Source of the DNA: Candidatus Fervidifonticultor secundus
Lineage (GTDB): Bacteria; Sysuimicrobiota; Sysuimicrobiia; Sysuimicrobiales; Humicultoraceae
Length of the DNA stretch: 64,000 bases
Direction of reading: 5' to 3'
NCBI GenBank assembly: GCA_031459385.1
Contig: JAVKIP010000006.1
Coordinates: forward strand, 1-64,000
Positions 47,323 to 57,207 of the stretch are shown in pieces. How positions within the stretch are numbered: position 1 is the stretch's first letter; every line of letters begins with the position of its first letter. The notes beneath the pieces were generated by a model that was not told the DNA's origin, searched no databases, and saw only the letters and a program-made list of their open reading frames with translations. Made by a program: the position numbers and the translations under genes.

Positions 47323-48300
47323 GTGGCGCACGGGGAGCCCCCGGCGGTGCTGCTCGACGTCGACACCGGCCACGACGACGCCTTCGCCATCCTGCTGGCG
47401 GCGCGCCGGCTGCGCGTCATCGGCATCACCACGGTCTGCGGCAACGCGCCGCTGGAGCGCACGACCGAGAACACCCTGAAGATCCTCGAGGCGGCGGGCC
47501 TGACCGACATCCCGGTGGCCGCCGGCATGGCGCGCCCGTTGCTGAGCCCGCCGCTGCACGGCCCCGAGATCCACGGCCCCTCAGGCCTGGACGGCTACGA
47601 CTTCCCGCCGCCCCGCCTCCGCCCCGATCGGCGCCATGCGGTGCCGTTTCTCATCGAGGAGATCCGGCGTCACCCCGGCTGCTGGCTCATTCCCACCGGG
47701 CCGCTCACCAACATCGCCGTGGCTCTGCGGGAGGCGCCCGACCTCAAAGACGTCCTCGCCGGGATCAGCCTGATGGGCGGCTCCACCGAGGGCGGCAACG
47801 TGACGCCGGCCGCCGAGTACAACATCTACGCCGACCCGGAGGCCGCCGCGGTGGTCTTCGAGTCCGGCATTCCCCTGTGGATGGCCGGCCTGAACCTGAC
47901 GCGGCAGGCCCTCACCACCGACGACGAGGTGCGCCGGCTGCGGGCACTCGGCACCCTCCTGGGCCGGGTGGCCGCCGACCTGCTCGACTTCTACAACGGC
48001 ACCGCCCGGCGGGTGTTCGGCCGGCCGGGCGGCTACCTGCACGACCCGTGCGCCGTGGCCTGGCTCATCGACCCGGCCGTCGTGGTGTTCCGCCCCGCCC
48101 ACGTCGCGGTCGAGCTGCACGGGACGCTCACCCGCGGGGCAACCGTGTGCGACCTGCGCCACGTCACGGGCACCCCGGACCAGATCCAGGCCCTCGAGGG
48201 CGTGCGCCGCGGCAGACCGCCCAACGCCCAGGTAGGCATGCACCTCGACCGGGCGCGGTTCCTCGACCTGCTGCTGGGGGCGCTCGGCGAGTACCCGTGA
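47323..48300 (+). CDS. Inosine/uridine-preferring nucleoside hydrolase
   Basis: DVDTGHDD (DxDxGxDD), TGPLTN, GNVTPAAEYN, HDP; AAGGAGG RBS. Confidence 0.92.
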   Translation: MAHGEPPAVLLDVDTGHDDAFAILLAARRLRVIGITTVCGNAPLERTTENTLKILEAAGLTDIPVAAGMARPLLSPPLHGPEIHGPSGLDGYDFPPPRLRPDRRHAVPFLIEEIRRHPGCWLIPTGPLTNIAVALREAPDLKDVLAGISLMGGSTEGGNVTPAAEYNIYADPEAAAVVFESGIPLWMAGLNLTRQALTTDDEVRRLRALGTLLGRVAADLLDFYNGTARRVFGRPGGYLHDPCAVAWLIDPAVVVFRPAHVAVELHGTLTRGATVCDLRHVTGTPDQIQALEGVRRGRPPNAQVGMHLDRARFLDLLLGALGEYP

Positions 48301-48329
48301 GCCTGGGCCCGGGTGCGTGCCGGACCCGT

Positions 48330-48560
48330 GGCGCAGTTCACCCTGCCAGGCCCGCCGCCGCACCCCGTTCGGGATCATCCGCATGGCCAGCGCCAAGAAC
48401 AGCGTGCCCATGACGCGGCTGGAAACGTGCACCCCGGTCACCGCCCAGCCCCCGCGGCAGCAGCTCGGCGCACAGCAGCACCAGCCACCGGGTGAGCATG
48501 GTGAGCGCGATCGATCGCCAGCTCCACCAGCCCCAACCGCAGCGCCACCGCTGGCGCGCC
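48330..48560 (-). pseudogene. MarC family membrane protein C-terminal remnant (frameshifted)
   Basis: SIALTMLTRWLVLLCAELL in one frame, then VTGVHVSSRVMGTLFLALAMRMIPNGV in another; no intact start. Confidence 0.5.
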
Positions 48561-48582
48561 TCCACTGCCGGCCGAGAAACGA

Positions 48583-48591
48583 TGCTACAAT
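48583..48591 (+). promoter_or_regulatory. Putative extended -10 promoter (TGn TACAAT) of the TTT operon
   Basis: tgctacaat about 40 nt upstream of the tctC start. Confidence 0.5.
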
Positions 48592-48629
48592 ATCTAGTGT
48601 CACCACTGTCGAGTGCGGGAGGGATGGTC

Positions 48630-49589
48630 ATGGATCGCCGGAGGCTGCAGGTGGGCGCGCTGCTGGCCACGGTCGTGCTCCTCCTGTCGAGTGCGGCGGG
48701 ATGGGCCGCCTACCCGGAGCGCCCCATCCGGTTCATCGTCCCCTGGGCCGCAGGGGGCGACACCGATGCGATCATGCGGGTCGTCGCCCGCGGCCTCGAG
48801 AAGGACCTGGGGGTCCCTGTGGTCGTCACCAACATCCCAGGCGCGTCGGGCACCGTGGGCGCCCGCGAGGCCAAGGCTGCGCCCGCCGACGGGTACACGG
48901 TGTTCGCCGTGCACGACTCGATCCACACCACCTTCTATACCGGTGTGGCCGAGGTCAACTACTGGGACTACACGCCCGTGTGTCTCATCACCTCCACGCC
49001 GTCCATCGTGGCCACGCACCCGCTGCGGTGGCGCGCCATGAAGGAACTCATCGAGGACGCCCGGAAGCGACCCGACGAGGTGAAGGCGGGCGCCACCCTG
49101 GGTTCCACGAGCCACTTCTTCCTGGCCCTCATTGAGAGGAAGGTGGGCGCACGGCTGTGGCGGTACGTGCACTACGAGGGCACTGCGCCACGCATGACCG
49201 CTTTGATGGGCGGCCACATCGATGTCGCGGAGACCAACCTGACCCAGATCGACAAGATGCGGGGCGGCCAGATGCGCCTGCTGGCCATCGCCACCGACAA
49301 GCGCCACCCCGAGGCGCGGACGATCCCGACGCTGAAGGAACTGGGCATCGACGTCGTCTACGCGGTGAACCGCGGCCTAGTGGTGCCCCGGGGGACGCCC
49401 GAGCCAGCGGTGGCGCGGTTGGAGCAGGCCTGTGAGAAGGTCGCACGCGATTCGGCGTTCGCCGAGGCGATGCGCCTGCAAGGGACCGACGTGCGGTTCC
49501 TCAACCGCCAGCAGTACACCTTCTTCCTGCGGGAGAACGACGCGCTGAACAAGGGGCTGGCGGACGCCCTCGGCTACCGCCGGCGCTGA
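48630..49589 (+). CDS. tctC: Tripartite tricarboxylate transporter substrate-binding protein
   Basis: YPERPIRFIVPWAAGGDTD, NIPGASG.VG, ADGYT, PTLKELG, RGL..P.GTP. Confidence 0.9.
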   Translation: MDRRRLQVGALLATVVLLLSSAAGWAAYPERPIRFIVPWAAGGDTDAIMRVVARGLEKDLGVPVVVTNIPGASGTVGAREAKAAPADGYTVFAVHDSIHTTFYTGVAEVNYWDYTPVCLITSTPSIVATHPLRWRAMKELIEDARKRPDEVKAGATLGSTSHFFLALIERKVGARLWRYVHYEGTAPRMTALMGGHIDVAETNLTQIDKMRGGQMRLLAIATDKRHPEARTIPTLKELGIDVVYAVNRGLVVPRGTPEPAVARLEQACEKVARDSAFAEAMRLQGTDVRFLNRQQYTFFLRENDALNKGLADALGYRRR

Positions 49590-50122
49590 TGCGGCGTCCC
49601 GGACCGATGGGATGGGACGGCGTCGTCGGACTGCTGCTGCTGGCCCTCAGCGTCTGGCTGTGGCGGACTGCCGGCGAGATCCCGCAGCCTCCTTTCCTGC
49701 CGCTGGGTCCGGACTTCTACCCGCGCCTGCTGCTGGCGCTGCTGGCGATCCTGGCGGTGGCCCTGGTCGCCGCCGACCTTCGGGCACACAGGCACCGCCT
49801 CGAGGGCCCCCGCTCGCCCTCGACAGACCGGCGAGCGGAGCGCCCGGAGGGCGCTCCGGCGCCACAGGCAGGGCTCCGGGCCCCGACGCGCTCCCGCGTC
49901 CTGTGGACCTACGTCCTGTTCGGCGCCTACGTGACCTTGATGCCGGTGCTGGGGTTTCGCCTGGCGACGTTTGCGTTCGTCGCAGCCCTGACGTTGGTGT
50001 TGGGCCCCCGTACCCCTGCGCACGCCGCAGTCAGCCTGGGCAGCGGGCTGGCCACAGCCCTGCTGACCCATGTGATCTTCGAAACCTCCTTACGCATCCT
50101 GCTGCCGCGAGGCGTCTGGTAG
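49589..50122 (+). CDS. tctB: Tripartite tricarboxylate transporter small permease (start may be 49607)
   Basis: LGPDFYP, LGF..AT, F...L.I.LP.G; four hydrophobic segments. Confidence 0.82.
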   Translation: MRRPGPMGWDGVVGLLLLALSVWLWRTAGEIPQPPFLPLGPDFYPRLLLALLAILAVALVAADLRAHRHRLEGPRSPSTDRRAERPEGAPAPQAGLRAPTRSRVLWTYVLFGAYVTLMPVLGFRLATFAFVAALTLVLGPRTPAHAAVSLGSGLATALLTHVIFETSLRILLPRGVW

Positions 50123-50125
50123 GCG

Positions 50126-51661
50126 ATGAGCAGTCCCTGGCTGGACGCGCTGGTCGCGGTGCTGAGCCCGCACGTCTTGGTCCCTATGACGATCGGGGTG
50201 GCGGCGGGGCTGATCGGCGGCGCCGTGCCCGGTATCACCATCACCCTCACGGTGATCCTGGTCCTCCCCTTCACCTTCGGCATGGACCCTCTCCAGGGGC
50301 TGGCCACCATGATCGGTGTCTACGTGGGCGGCGAGTCGGGCGGACTGGTGACCGCCACGTTGCTGGGCATCCCCGGGACACCGTCGGCCATCGCCACCAC
50401 TTTCGACGGCTATCCCATGGCCCGGCGCGGCGAGCCGGGCCGGGCGGTATGGCTGGGCATCTGGGCCGGCCTGCTGGGCGGCCTGCTGGCTGGCATCCCT
50501 CTGGTGATGGGCGCCCTGACGCTGGCGCGTCTGGCCCTCTCGTTCGGCCCGTGGGAGTACTTCAGCCTCTTCGCTTTGACCCTCAGCATCGTCTCAGGCC
50601 TTTCCGAACAGTCGCTGCTGAAGGGCCTCCTCTCCGCCACCGTCGGCCTCCTGGTGACGGTCATCGGCTCCGATCCCATGATGGGCGTGGCCCGGTTCAC
50701 CTTCGGGCATGAAGTGCTGCGCAGCGGGTTCCCCTTCCTCGCGGTGCTGATCGGCGTCTACGCCTTTGCCCAGCTGATGAGCGAGCTGGAACGGCAGGCA
50801 CGGCCGGGCGCAGCCGCCGTCCGCCCGGTGGACCTCTCCGTCTCCCACCTGAGGGTGATCCGCGAGATCCTGGGGCAGTGGGGCAATCTCGTGCGGTCCA
50901 CCTTGATCGGTCTGTGGATCGGCATCCTGCCGGCGGTGGGCGGGTCGGCGGCCAACGTGCTGGCCTACGACCAGGCCAAGAAGGCCTCCCGCACGCCTGA
51001 ACGGTTTGGCGCGGGCATTCCCGATGGCATCATCGCCAGCGAGTCGTCCAACAATGCCAACATCGCCGGGTCACTGGTCACCATGATGGCGTTCGGCATT
51101 CCTGGCGATGCGGTCACGGCCGTGATGCTCGGCGCCCTGATCATCCACGGCATCGCCCCAGGGCCCACGTTCATCGCCTCGCGTCCCCATCTGGCCTATG
51201 GCATCTTCGGCGCGTACTTTACCGCCACCATCCTCACGGTGCTGGTAGAAGCCGGTCTGCTGCGCATCGTCTTGCGGGTGGTGCGGGCACCGCTGCACCT
51301 GCTGGTGCCCGTGATTCTGGTCCTGGCGGCGGTGGGGACGTATGCCCTCAACAACCTCATCGCCAACGTGTGGGTGCTGTTCGCCTTCGGCATCGTCGGC
51401 TACCTGATGGTGAAGACGGGCTTCCCGCTGGCGCCGTTGATCCTGGGGGTCATCCTGGGCGACCAGATCGAGGTGAACCTCATCCGGGCGCTGATGACCG
51501 AGCCCAACCCGCTGCTATTCGTCACGCGGCCGCTGTCCGGGCTGATGCTGGCACTGGCCGTGGGCAGCTTTGCCCTGGGCGTGCTCCAGCAGCGCCGGCA
51601 GGCCCGCGCCCGCACGACACCGGCCGTGGTCCCGCCCGCGCAGGCCGCGGAGGCGGGATGA
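50126..51661 (+). CDS. tctA: Tripartite tricarboxylate transporter large permease
   Basis: GAVPG, PGTPSA.ATTFDGYPMA, ESSNNA, GIPG, GI.PGP. Confidence 0.93.
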   Translation: MSSPWLDALVAVLSPHVLVPMTIGVAAGLIGGAVPGITITLTVILVLPFTFGMDPLQGLATMIGVYVGGESGGLVTATLLGIPGTPSAIATTFDGYPMARRGEPGRAVWLGIWAGLLGGLLAGIPLVMGALTLARLALSFGPWEYFSLFALTLSIVSGLSEQSLLKGLLSATVGLLVTVIGSDPMMGVARFTFGHEVLRSGFPFLAVLIGVYAFAQLMSELERQARPGAAAVRPVDLSVSHLRVIREILGQWGNLVRSTLIGLWIGILPAVGGSAANVLAYDQAKKASRTPERFGAGIPDGIIASESSNNANIAGSLVTMMAFGIPGDAVTAVMLGALIIHGIAPGPTFIASRPHLAYGIFGAYFTATILTVLVEAGLLRIVLRVVRAPLHLLVPVILVLAAVGTYALNNLIANVWVLFAFGIVGYLMVKTGFPLAPLILGVILGDQIEVNLIRALMTEPNPLLFVTRPLSGLMLALAVGSFALGVLQQRRQARARTTPAVVPPAQAAEAG

Positions 51662-52506
51662 CGACGGCCGGCGCGCTGCGGCCCTGGACGCACGGCGCCG
51701 TCACCGCCCTCGGCCTGGCGGGTTTCGGTGCCATCGGGCAGCGCGTGGCCGTGGCGGTGGAGCGCACGCTGCCGATGCTGCACCTGGCCGCCATCACCAG
51801 CGGTGATCTGGACAAGGCCCGCGCCCGGGCCGCCACGCTCCTGCAGACGCCGCCGCCCGTCGTGCCCCTGGCCGAGCTGGTGGCGCTGGCCGACGTGGTG
51901 GTGGAAGCCGCACCCGCGGCGGCCTTCGACGGTATTGCCACCGCGGTGCTGGAGGCCGGCAAGCTCCTGCTGGTGGTCAGCGGCGGCGCGCTGCTCGACC
52001 GCTACGACGCCTACACCGACCTCGCACGGCGCCGTGGCGGACGGCTCTACGTGGCCTCGGGGGCCGTCGGCGGCCTGGATGCCCTGGCGGCCGCCGCGAC
52101 CGGCGAGGTAGACGCCGTGGTCATGACCACCCGCAAACCCCCGGCCGCGCTGGCTGGCGCGCCGTACCTGCGCGCGCACGGCATCGACGTCCTGGCACTG
52201 GCCGCCCCGCAGGTCGTCTTCGAGGGCACCGCCCGCGAGGCGTGCCGGGGCTTCCCCGCCAACGTCAACGTGGCCGCCGCCGTCAGCCTGGCGGGCATCG
52301 GCCCCGACCGGACCGGGGTGCGCATCATCGCCGACCCCCGCGTCACCCGTAACATGCACGAGGTCGAGGTTACCGGGGCCTTCGGCCGGTTTTGCATGCA
52401 GGTCGAGAACGTCCCCACCGAGAACCCCCGCACCGGCGTCCTGGCCGCCCAGTCGGTGGTGGCGGCGCTGCGCAAGCTGGCGGCACCGGTGTGGGTGGGG
52501 ACGTAG
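51658..52506 (+). CDS. nadX: L-aspartate dehydrogenase family
   Basis: GFGAIG, VVEAA, SGAVGGLD, RKPP, FEGTAREA...FPANVNVAA, NMHE, ENPRT; ATGA-coupled to tctA. Confidence 0.88.
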   Translation: MTTAGALRPWTHGAVTALGLAGFGAIGQRVAVAVERTLPMLHLAAITSGDLDKARARAATLLQTPPPVVPLAELVALADVVVEAAPAAAFDGIATAVLEAGKLLLVVSGGALLDRYDAYTDLARRRGGRLYVASGAVGGLDALAAAATGEVDAVVMTTRKPPAALAGAPYLRAHGIDVLALAAPQVVFEGTAREACRGFPANVNVAAAVSLAGIGPDRTGVRIIADPRVTRNMHEVEVTGAFGRFCMQVENVPTENPRTGVLAAQSVVAALRKLAAPVWVGT

Positions 52507-52823
52507 GAGCGGGGTTACCGGCGGGTGAGCGCCAGCACGCGCCGGCGCGCGACCAGATCCCGCACGATCAGCCGCACAGGGCCGGGCCGTACCTCGTTGA
52601 ACTCATGGCCCGCACAGGGCTAGCGCGCACATGGCGGTGTTGGCCCGGGGTGACCGGTCGCGGGTGGTCTACGTCAGCCACGAGCGGAGCGCCACAGGCA
52701 GCTGCAGGGAGTCTGGCGCCAAAGGTTCGCGGTCGACGACGAGGAGTTCCACAGGAGACCCCGCGTGCTCACGGACGTCGCCGGACGCCTCTCCCGGAGC
52801 TCCGCACGAGGGACACGGGGCTG

Positions 52824-53957
52824 CTACGCCCCGAGGCCCCACGGCCCCACCTCCACCAGCCGCTCTACCTCAGCGCGTCCCGCACCCGCAATGCCGAGAC
52901 GCTCCGCGGTGAGCCCGACGCGCCGGTAGTCGACACCGGTCGCCACCGAGGCCAGCTGGATGAACGCCTCCACCGTGGGCACCGGCGCGCCTGCCGCCTG
53001 TGCAAAGGCCAGCAGGGGTACCAGGCCGTAGCCGATGTCCTCCTCCATGTAGCGGCCCTCGAGACTGGCCGGGCCCCGGATGTAGCGGTTGGGCACGCTG
53101 TCTCGCAGCGCCTCAAACACCGAGCCCGCCTGCCACGCGCGGCGCGAAGTGTATCCCGCCTGGTAGAAGGTGTCCAGGAACGTCGGCGCGTCGATCCCGT
53201 AGGCGGCGGCCACCGCGCGGCGCTCGCGGTCGAGGGCCTCAATGGCCCGGGCCACGGCCGGCGTGGTGCCTTCATAGTAGTAGAAGAACTGGCCGGCGGT
53301 GTGCTCGATCCAACCGGCGTTCATGACGGTCCCCGGCGGGTGCAGCACCGCGTTCAGGTTGGTGAGGGAGGTGGCCAGCACCGTGGGGACCAGCTGGGTC
53401 TGGGGGTAGTAGCGGGCGAGCCGGCGGTACGCGTCCTCCCGGGCGGCGACCGGCAGGATCCCCACCCGGACGGCGCGCGCAGGGCCGGTGATGTTGACCC
53501 GGGTCGGCGAGGCCATCCGGCAGATGTACGTGAGCGTGTTGAGCTCGGCGATGGGCGCCCGCGGTGCCCGGCGCTGCGCCAGGAGGCGAGCCACGTTGAG
53601 GGCGCTACCCGTGTTGCTGGCGTTGAGCACGATCAGTTGCTCGGGCTGCAGGCAGTCCGCCAGAGCCGCCGCGTAGTACGCATGACCGGGCGCCGGCGCC
53701 GTCACCATCACCATGTCAGCTCCGCGCACGGCCTCGGCCACCTCGGTGGTGATGCGCGCCACCGGCACCGTGGCGTCGCCCAGCGCCCCGGTCATCTCCA
53801 CCGCGCCCAGGCGCTGGAACGGCGCCAGGCGCTCGGGGCTCCGGTTGCAAAGCGCGACCCGAAAGCCCCGCAGTCCCAGGTCCGCCGCAGCTGCGACTCC
53901 GCCGTTTCCCGCGCCCAGCACGGCCACGTCGACCCGATCGTCCATGCTTACCCCCAT
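52824..53957 (-). CDS. NAD/NADP octopine/nopaline (opine) dehydrogenase family
   Basis: VLGAGNGG, LTN.NAVLHP, FYYYEG, D.ER.AVA, RY..EDI.YGLVP. Confidence 0.88.
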   Translation of the reverse strand: MGVSMDDRVDVAVLGAGNGGVAAAADLGLRGFRVALCNRSPERLAPFQRLGAVEMTGALGDATVPVARITTEVAEAVRGADMVMVTAPAPGHAYYAAALADCLQPEQLIVLNASNTGSALNVARLLAQRRAPRAPIAELNTLTYICRMASPTRVNITGPARAVRVGILPVAAREDAYRRLARYYPQTQLVPTVLATSLTNLNAVLHPPGTVMNAGWIEHTAGQFFYYYEGTTPAVARAIEALDRERRAVAAAYGIDAPTFLDTFYQAGYTSRRAWQAGSVFEALRDSVPNRYIRGPASLEGRYMEEDIGYGLVPLLAFAQAAGAPVPTVEAFIQLASVATGVDYRRVGLTAERLGIAGAGRAEVERLVEVGPWGLGA

Positions 53958-55105
53958 GCCACGCGGTACCGGGCCAGCTTCTCAGGGTCCACGGTGATGC
54001 CGAGCCCCGGGCCCGTGGGGACGTGCAACGCACCATCGCGGTAGAGGAAGGGCTCGGTCACGACGTCGTCCACGTAGATCCGGCCGGCAACCTGCGTCTG
54101 CTCCTTGCCCTGCACCGTGGTGACGGGAATGATCGCCGGCAGCGTCACGGCCGCGGATGCGGCGGCCAGGTGGAGGTTCGCCGCGTTGGCGATGCCGAAC
54201 TCGATCGAGCCCCCTAGGTCTGCCTCCATCCCCGCAGCCTCCAGAACGGCCGCCATCTGGCGGGCCCGGTAGAGACCTCCTGGCTTGGTGACGTACAGCG
54301 AGACGTACCGGGCCGCGCCTGCCTCGCGCAGGTGCAGGACGTCCCGAGGCGTCCAGGCACTCTCATCCGCCATGAGGGGCACGCTCACCGCCCGTGCCAC
54401 CGCCGCCAGCTCGTCGATGCCCTCCGCGGGCTGCTCGGCGAACGCCAGCCCGTACGCCTCCATGGCCCGGATGGTCCGGATCGCGACGGGTACCGTGTAG
54501 CCCTGGTTCGCGTCCAGTCGGATCTCCACCCCGGACCCCACCGCGGCTCGCACGGCTTCCACCGCGCGCACGTCGCGTATCGGGTCGGGACCGCCCTTAA
54601 CCTTGATATGCCGGATTCCCTCTCCGACCACCTGCCTCGCCTCGTCCGCTGCCGCCGCCACGTCCATGAGCCCGAGACTGTGCCCGACTGCGATCCAGTC
54701 TCGGACCTTCCCCCCCAGGAGGTCGTAGACGGGCACGCCGAGCGCCCGGCCCTTGAGGTCGTGGAGGGCGATGTCGAGGGCGGCCTTGGCGTAGGGATGT
54801 CCCTTCACCACCTGGTCCATCACGTGGTGGACGCGGGGGATGTCGAAGACGTCCACGCCGGCCAGCGCGGGAAGGATGAGGTCGATGAGCACGTGGCGTA
54901 CCGTCTGCGGGGTCTCGCCGTAGTACCGCATATAGGCCCCGCCCCAGTCCGGCAGGCACGGGGTCTCGCCCCATCCCTCCACTCCGTCCTCGCCGTGCAC
55001 CCGCGCCACCACGTACCGACCGATGGGCCCCCGTAGCCCGGCCCACCGGTGCGCGCGCCGCGTCGGCAGCCCCACCAGCATGAGCTCCAGGTCGACGATC
55101 CTCAT
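53948..55105 (-). CDS. Enolase superfamily enzyme (mandelate racemase/muconate lactonizing family)
   Basis: GWGE, AKAALDIALHDL.G, KVK, LDANQ, EQP, ADES. Confidence 0.88.
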   Translation of the reverse strand: MRIVDLELMLVGLPTRRAHRWAGLRGPIGRYVVARVHGEDGVEGWGETPCLPDWGGAYMRYYGETPQTVRHVLIDLILPALAGVDVFDIPRVHHVMDQVVKGHPYAKAALDIALHDLKGRALGVPVYDLLGGKVRDWIAVGHSLGLMDVAAAADEARQVVGEGIRHIKVKGGPDPIRDVRAVEAVRAAVGSGVEIRLDANQGYTVPVAIRTIRAMEAYGLAFAEQPAEGIDELAAVARAVSVPLMADESAWTPRDVLHLREAGAARYVSLYVTKPGGLYRARQMAAVLEAAGMEADLGGSIEFGIANAANLHLAAASAAVTLPAIIPVTTVQGKEQTQVAGRIYVDDVVTEPFLYRDGALHVPTGPGLGITVDPEKLARYRVAWG

Positions 55106-55144
55106 GATCCTGCCACCCGTGCCTGCTGGTCCGACGCCTGCCGC

Positions 55145-56491
55145 TCAGTACGACCGGAGCAGGCGGCCCGCCGGAGGCCCGACCGGCTGGCCGTCGCGGA
55201 AGGCCACCCGTCCGCCCTTGATGGTCAGAACCGGCCACCCCTTGAGGGTCATGCCGTGGGCCGCGGTCTTGAGGGGTGAGGATGTGGTCTGCGGACTGAC
55301 CACGCGCTCCTGCTCCATGTCCACCAGGACCAGGTCGGCGTCCTTGCCGACGGCGATGGCACCCTTGCGGTCGTCGATGTGGTAGAGTCGCGCGGGGGCG
55401 AGGCACGCCACGCGCACGAGATCGTGCACCGTGATACGGCCCTTGTGCACTCCCTCCGAGAGGAGCAAGGGCAACGCCACTTCGATGCCCGGCATCCCGG
55501 CGGTCACGCGCCAGAGGTCGTCGGTCTCGTGCTTGTCGCAGGAGATGTGGTCGGTACCCACGGTCGCGATGGCGCCCGACCGCAGACCGGCCCACAGGCG
55601 TTCGCCGTTGGCACGGTCGCGCAGCGGCGGGTTCATCTTCCCGATAGCACCGATCCGGTTGCCGGCCTCTTCGGGGAACACGGTGAGGAACTGGACCAGG
55701 GTTTCCAGGATGAGGGGCCGCCGCGTCCACTTCGCCGCCGCCTCGATGCCCTCGGCAGCCGCCATGTGGAGCACCACGGCACGGCACCCGGTGACCTCAC
55801 TGAGGTAGGCCATGGTGTGGATGTCGGCAACCTCGCAGAAGGCCGGGCGCGCATCAGTCCACGCCTGCAGGTCTCGCCGTCCCGTGGCCTGGATCGCCGG
55901 GAGCGTATAGCGGACGATCTCGACGTCCTCGCAATGCAGGGCGCACAGCCCGTCGAACGCCGCGCACTGCCGCATGGTCAGGTACGCGTCGCCGTCGTCG
56001 AGGGGCTCGATGTCCAGCTCCGCCACGGCCCTCACACGGTAGTCCAGATGAAGCTTGTAGCATAGCACCCCGAAGCGTTCCCGGTACAGCGGGATCTCCT
56101 CGATATGCTGGGGGGTCTGGATCTGCAGGTGGACCAGCACGTCGCAGTAGGAACGCGCGGCCACCACCTGCTCCCAGGCGGGGTAGGCCTGCAGGTAGGA
56201 GGTCTTGGCCCGCATGTGGGGCATCATGACGGTGGTGCCGCCGGCCAGGGCGGCCACGCTGGTCTGCTCCACGTCCACGTCGAACGGGTAGTGCACCCCC
56301 AGGTGGATGTGGGGCTCCACCCGCCCCGGCAGCAGGACGTGCTCGCGCCCATCGACGACCTCTTCGGCCCGCGGGGGATCGCCGTCACCGAGACCGACGA
56401 TCTTCCCGTCCCGGACCGCCACCCAGCCGTGGAAGATGGTTTCGGGGGTGACGACCCGGCAGTTGCGGACGACCAGGTCAACGCCCGGCAT
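55145..56491 (-). CDS. Cyclic amidohydrolase (dihydroorotase/allantoinase/hydantoinase-like)
   Basis: PHIH, ALAGGTT, CYKL, LHCED, KMNPPLR, GTDH, KGAIAVGKDADLV. Confidence 0.88.
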   Translation of the reverse strand: MPGVDLVVRNCRVVTPETIFHGWVAVRDGKIVGLGDGDPPRAEEVVDGREHVLLPGRVEPHIHLGVHYPFDVDVEQTSVAALAGGTTVMMPHMRAKTSYLQAYPAWEQVVAARSYCDVLVHLQIQTPQHIEEIPLYRERFGVLCYKLHLDYRVRAVAELDIEPLDDGDAYLTMRQCAAFDGLCALHCEDVEIVRYTLPAIQATGRRDLQAWTDARPAFCEVADIHTMAYLSEVTGCRAVVLHMAAAEGIEAAAKWTRRPLILETLVQFLTVFPEEAGNRIGAIGKMNPPLRDRANGERLWAGLRSGAIATVGTDHISCDKHETDDLWRVTAGMPGIEVALPLLLSEGVHKGRITVHDLVRVACLAPARLYHIDDRKGAIAVGKDADLVLVDMEQERVVSPQTTSSPLKTAAHGMTLKGWPVLTIKGGRVAFRDGQPVGPPAGRLLRSY

Positions 56492-57110
56492 GGGCCACCT
56501 CCAGCATGGCCAGCACCTGGTCGGAAGTCACGACGGCGCCGCAGTACTGGGCCCAGACCGCCAGGGCCATCTCGTGCCAGTCGCGGCGCACCCCGCCGAT
56601 GCAGTCCGATACGATGAGCAGGTCGTAGTCGCGCATGTACGCCTCCCGGATGGTGGTGTCCACGCAGGCGTTGGTGGTGGAGCCGGTGATGATCAACGTG
56701 CGGCGGCCCAGGATGCGCAGCAAGACTTCCAGCCGCGTCCCGTAGAACACGCTGAACTTGTGCTTTTCGATCAGGTGGCTGCGCGCGTCGATCAGCGGCT
56801 TGAGCTCGTCTACGATCTGGGCGTCCCACGTACCCGGCTGACAGGCGAGCCGGGCGCGCTTGGCAGTGTGTGGCTGGATCCGGTGCAGGGTCCGGGTGCG
56901 GTCCTCCGGCAGATGGTGCTGCAGGCTCCAGATGTCCGGAATCCCGACGGCCTTGCACGCCGCGATCAGGCGCCGCAGCGGCGGGACGATGGCCGCCAGG
57001 AGGCTCATGTCCACGCCGCTCAGGCCCAGGGTCCCCTCCAGGTGGAGGAAGGCGTTTTGGGCGTCGATCACCAGCAGCGCCGTGTCGTGGATGTCGAGGG
57101 TGTAGTTCAC
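56478..57110 (-). CDS. Isochorismatase-family cysteine hydrolase
   Basis: ALLVIDAQN, KHKFS.F..T.L, G.TTNACVDTT.R.A. Confidence 0.9.
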   Translation of the reverse strand: MNYTLDIHDTALLVIDAQNAFLHLEGTLGLSGVDMSLLAAIVPPLRRLIAACKAVGIPDIWSLQHHLPEDRTRTLHRIQPHTAKRARLACQPGTWDAQIVDELKPLIDARSHLIEKHKFSVFYGTRLEVLLRILGRRTLIITGSTTNACVDTTIREAYMRDYDLLIVSDCIGGVRRDWHEMALAVWAQYCGAVVTSDQVLAMLEVAHAGR

Positions 57111-57207
57111 GGGGATCCCTCCTTGATCGAAGGTCCGGCGGACGGACCGATGCTGCGTCCGGCGTGCCCGGGCAGCGCCGCGTCGCGCGGCACGAGGTCC
57201 CAGGTCG

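Noticed and set aside
52507..52823. Gene or ncRNA between the convergent operons
   Set aside because: Only short motif-less frames; no recognisable RNA structure or terminator
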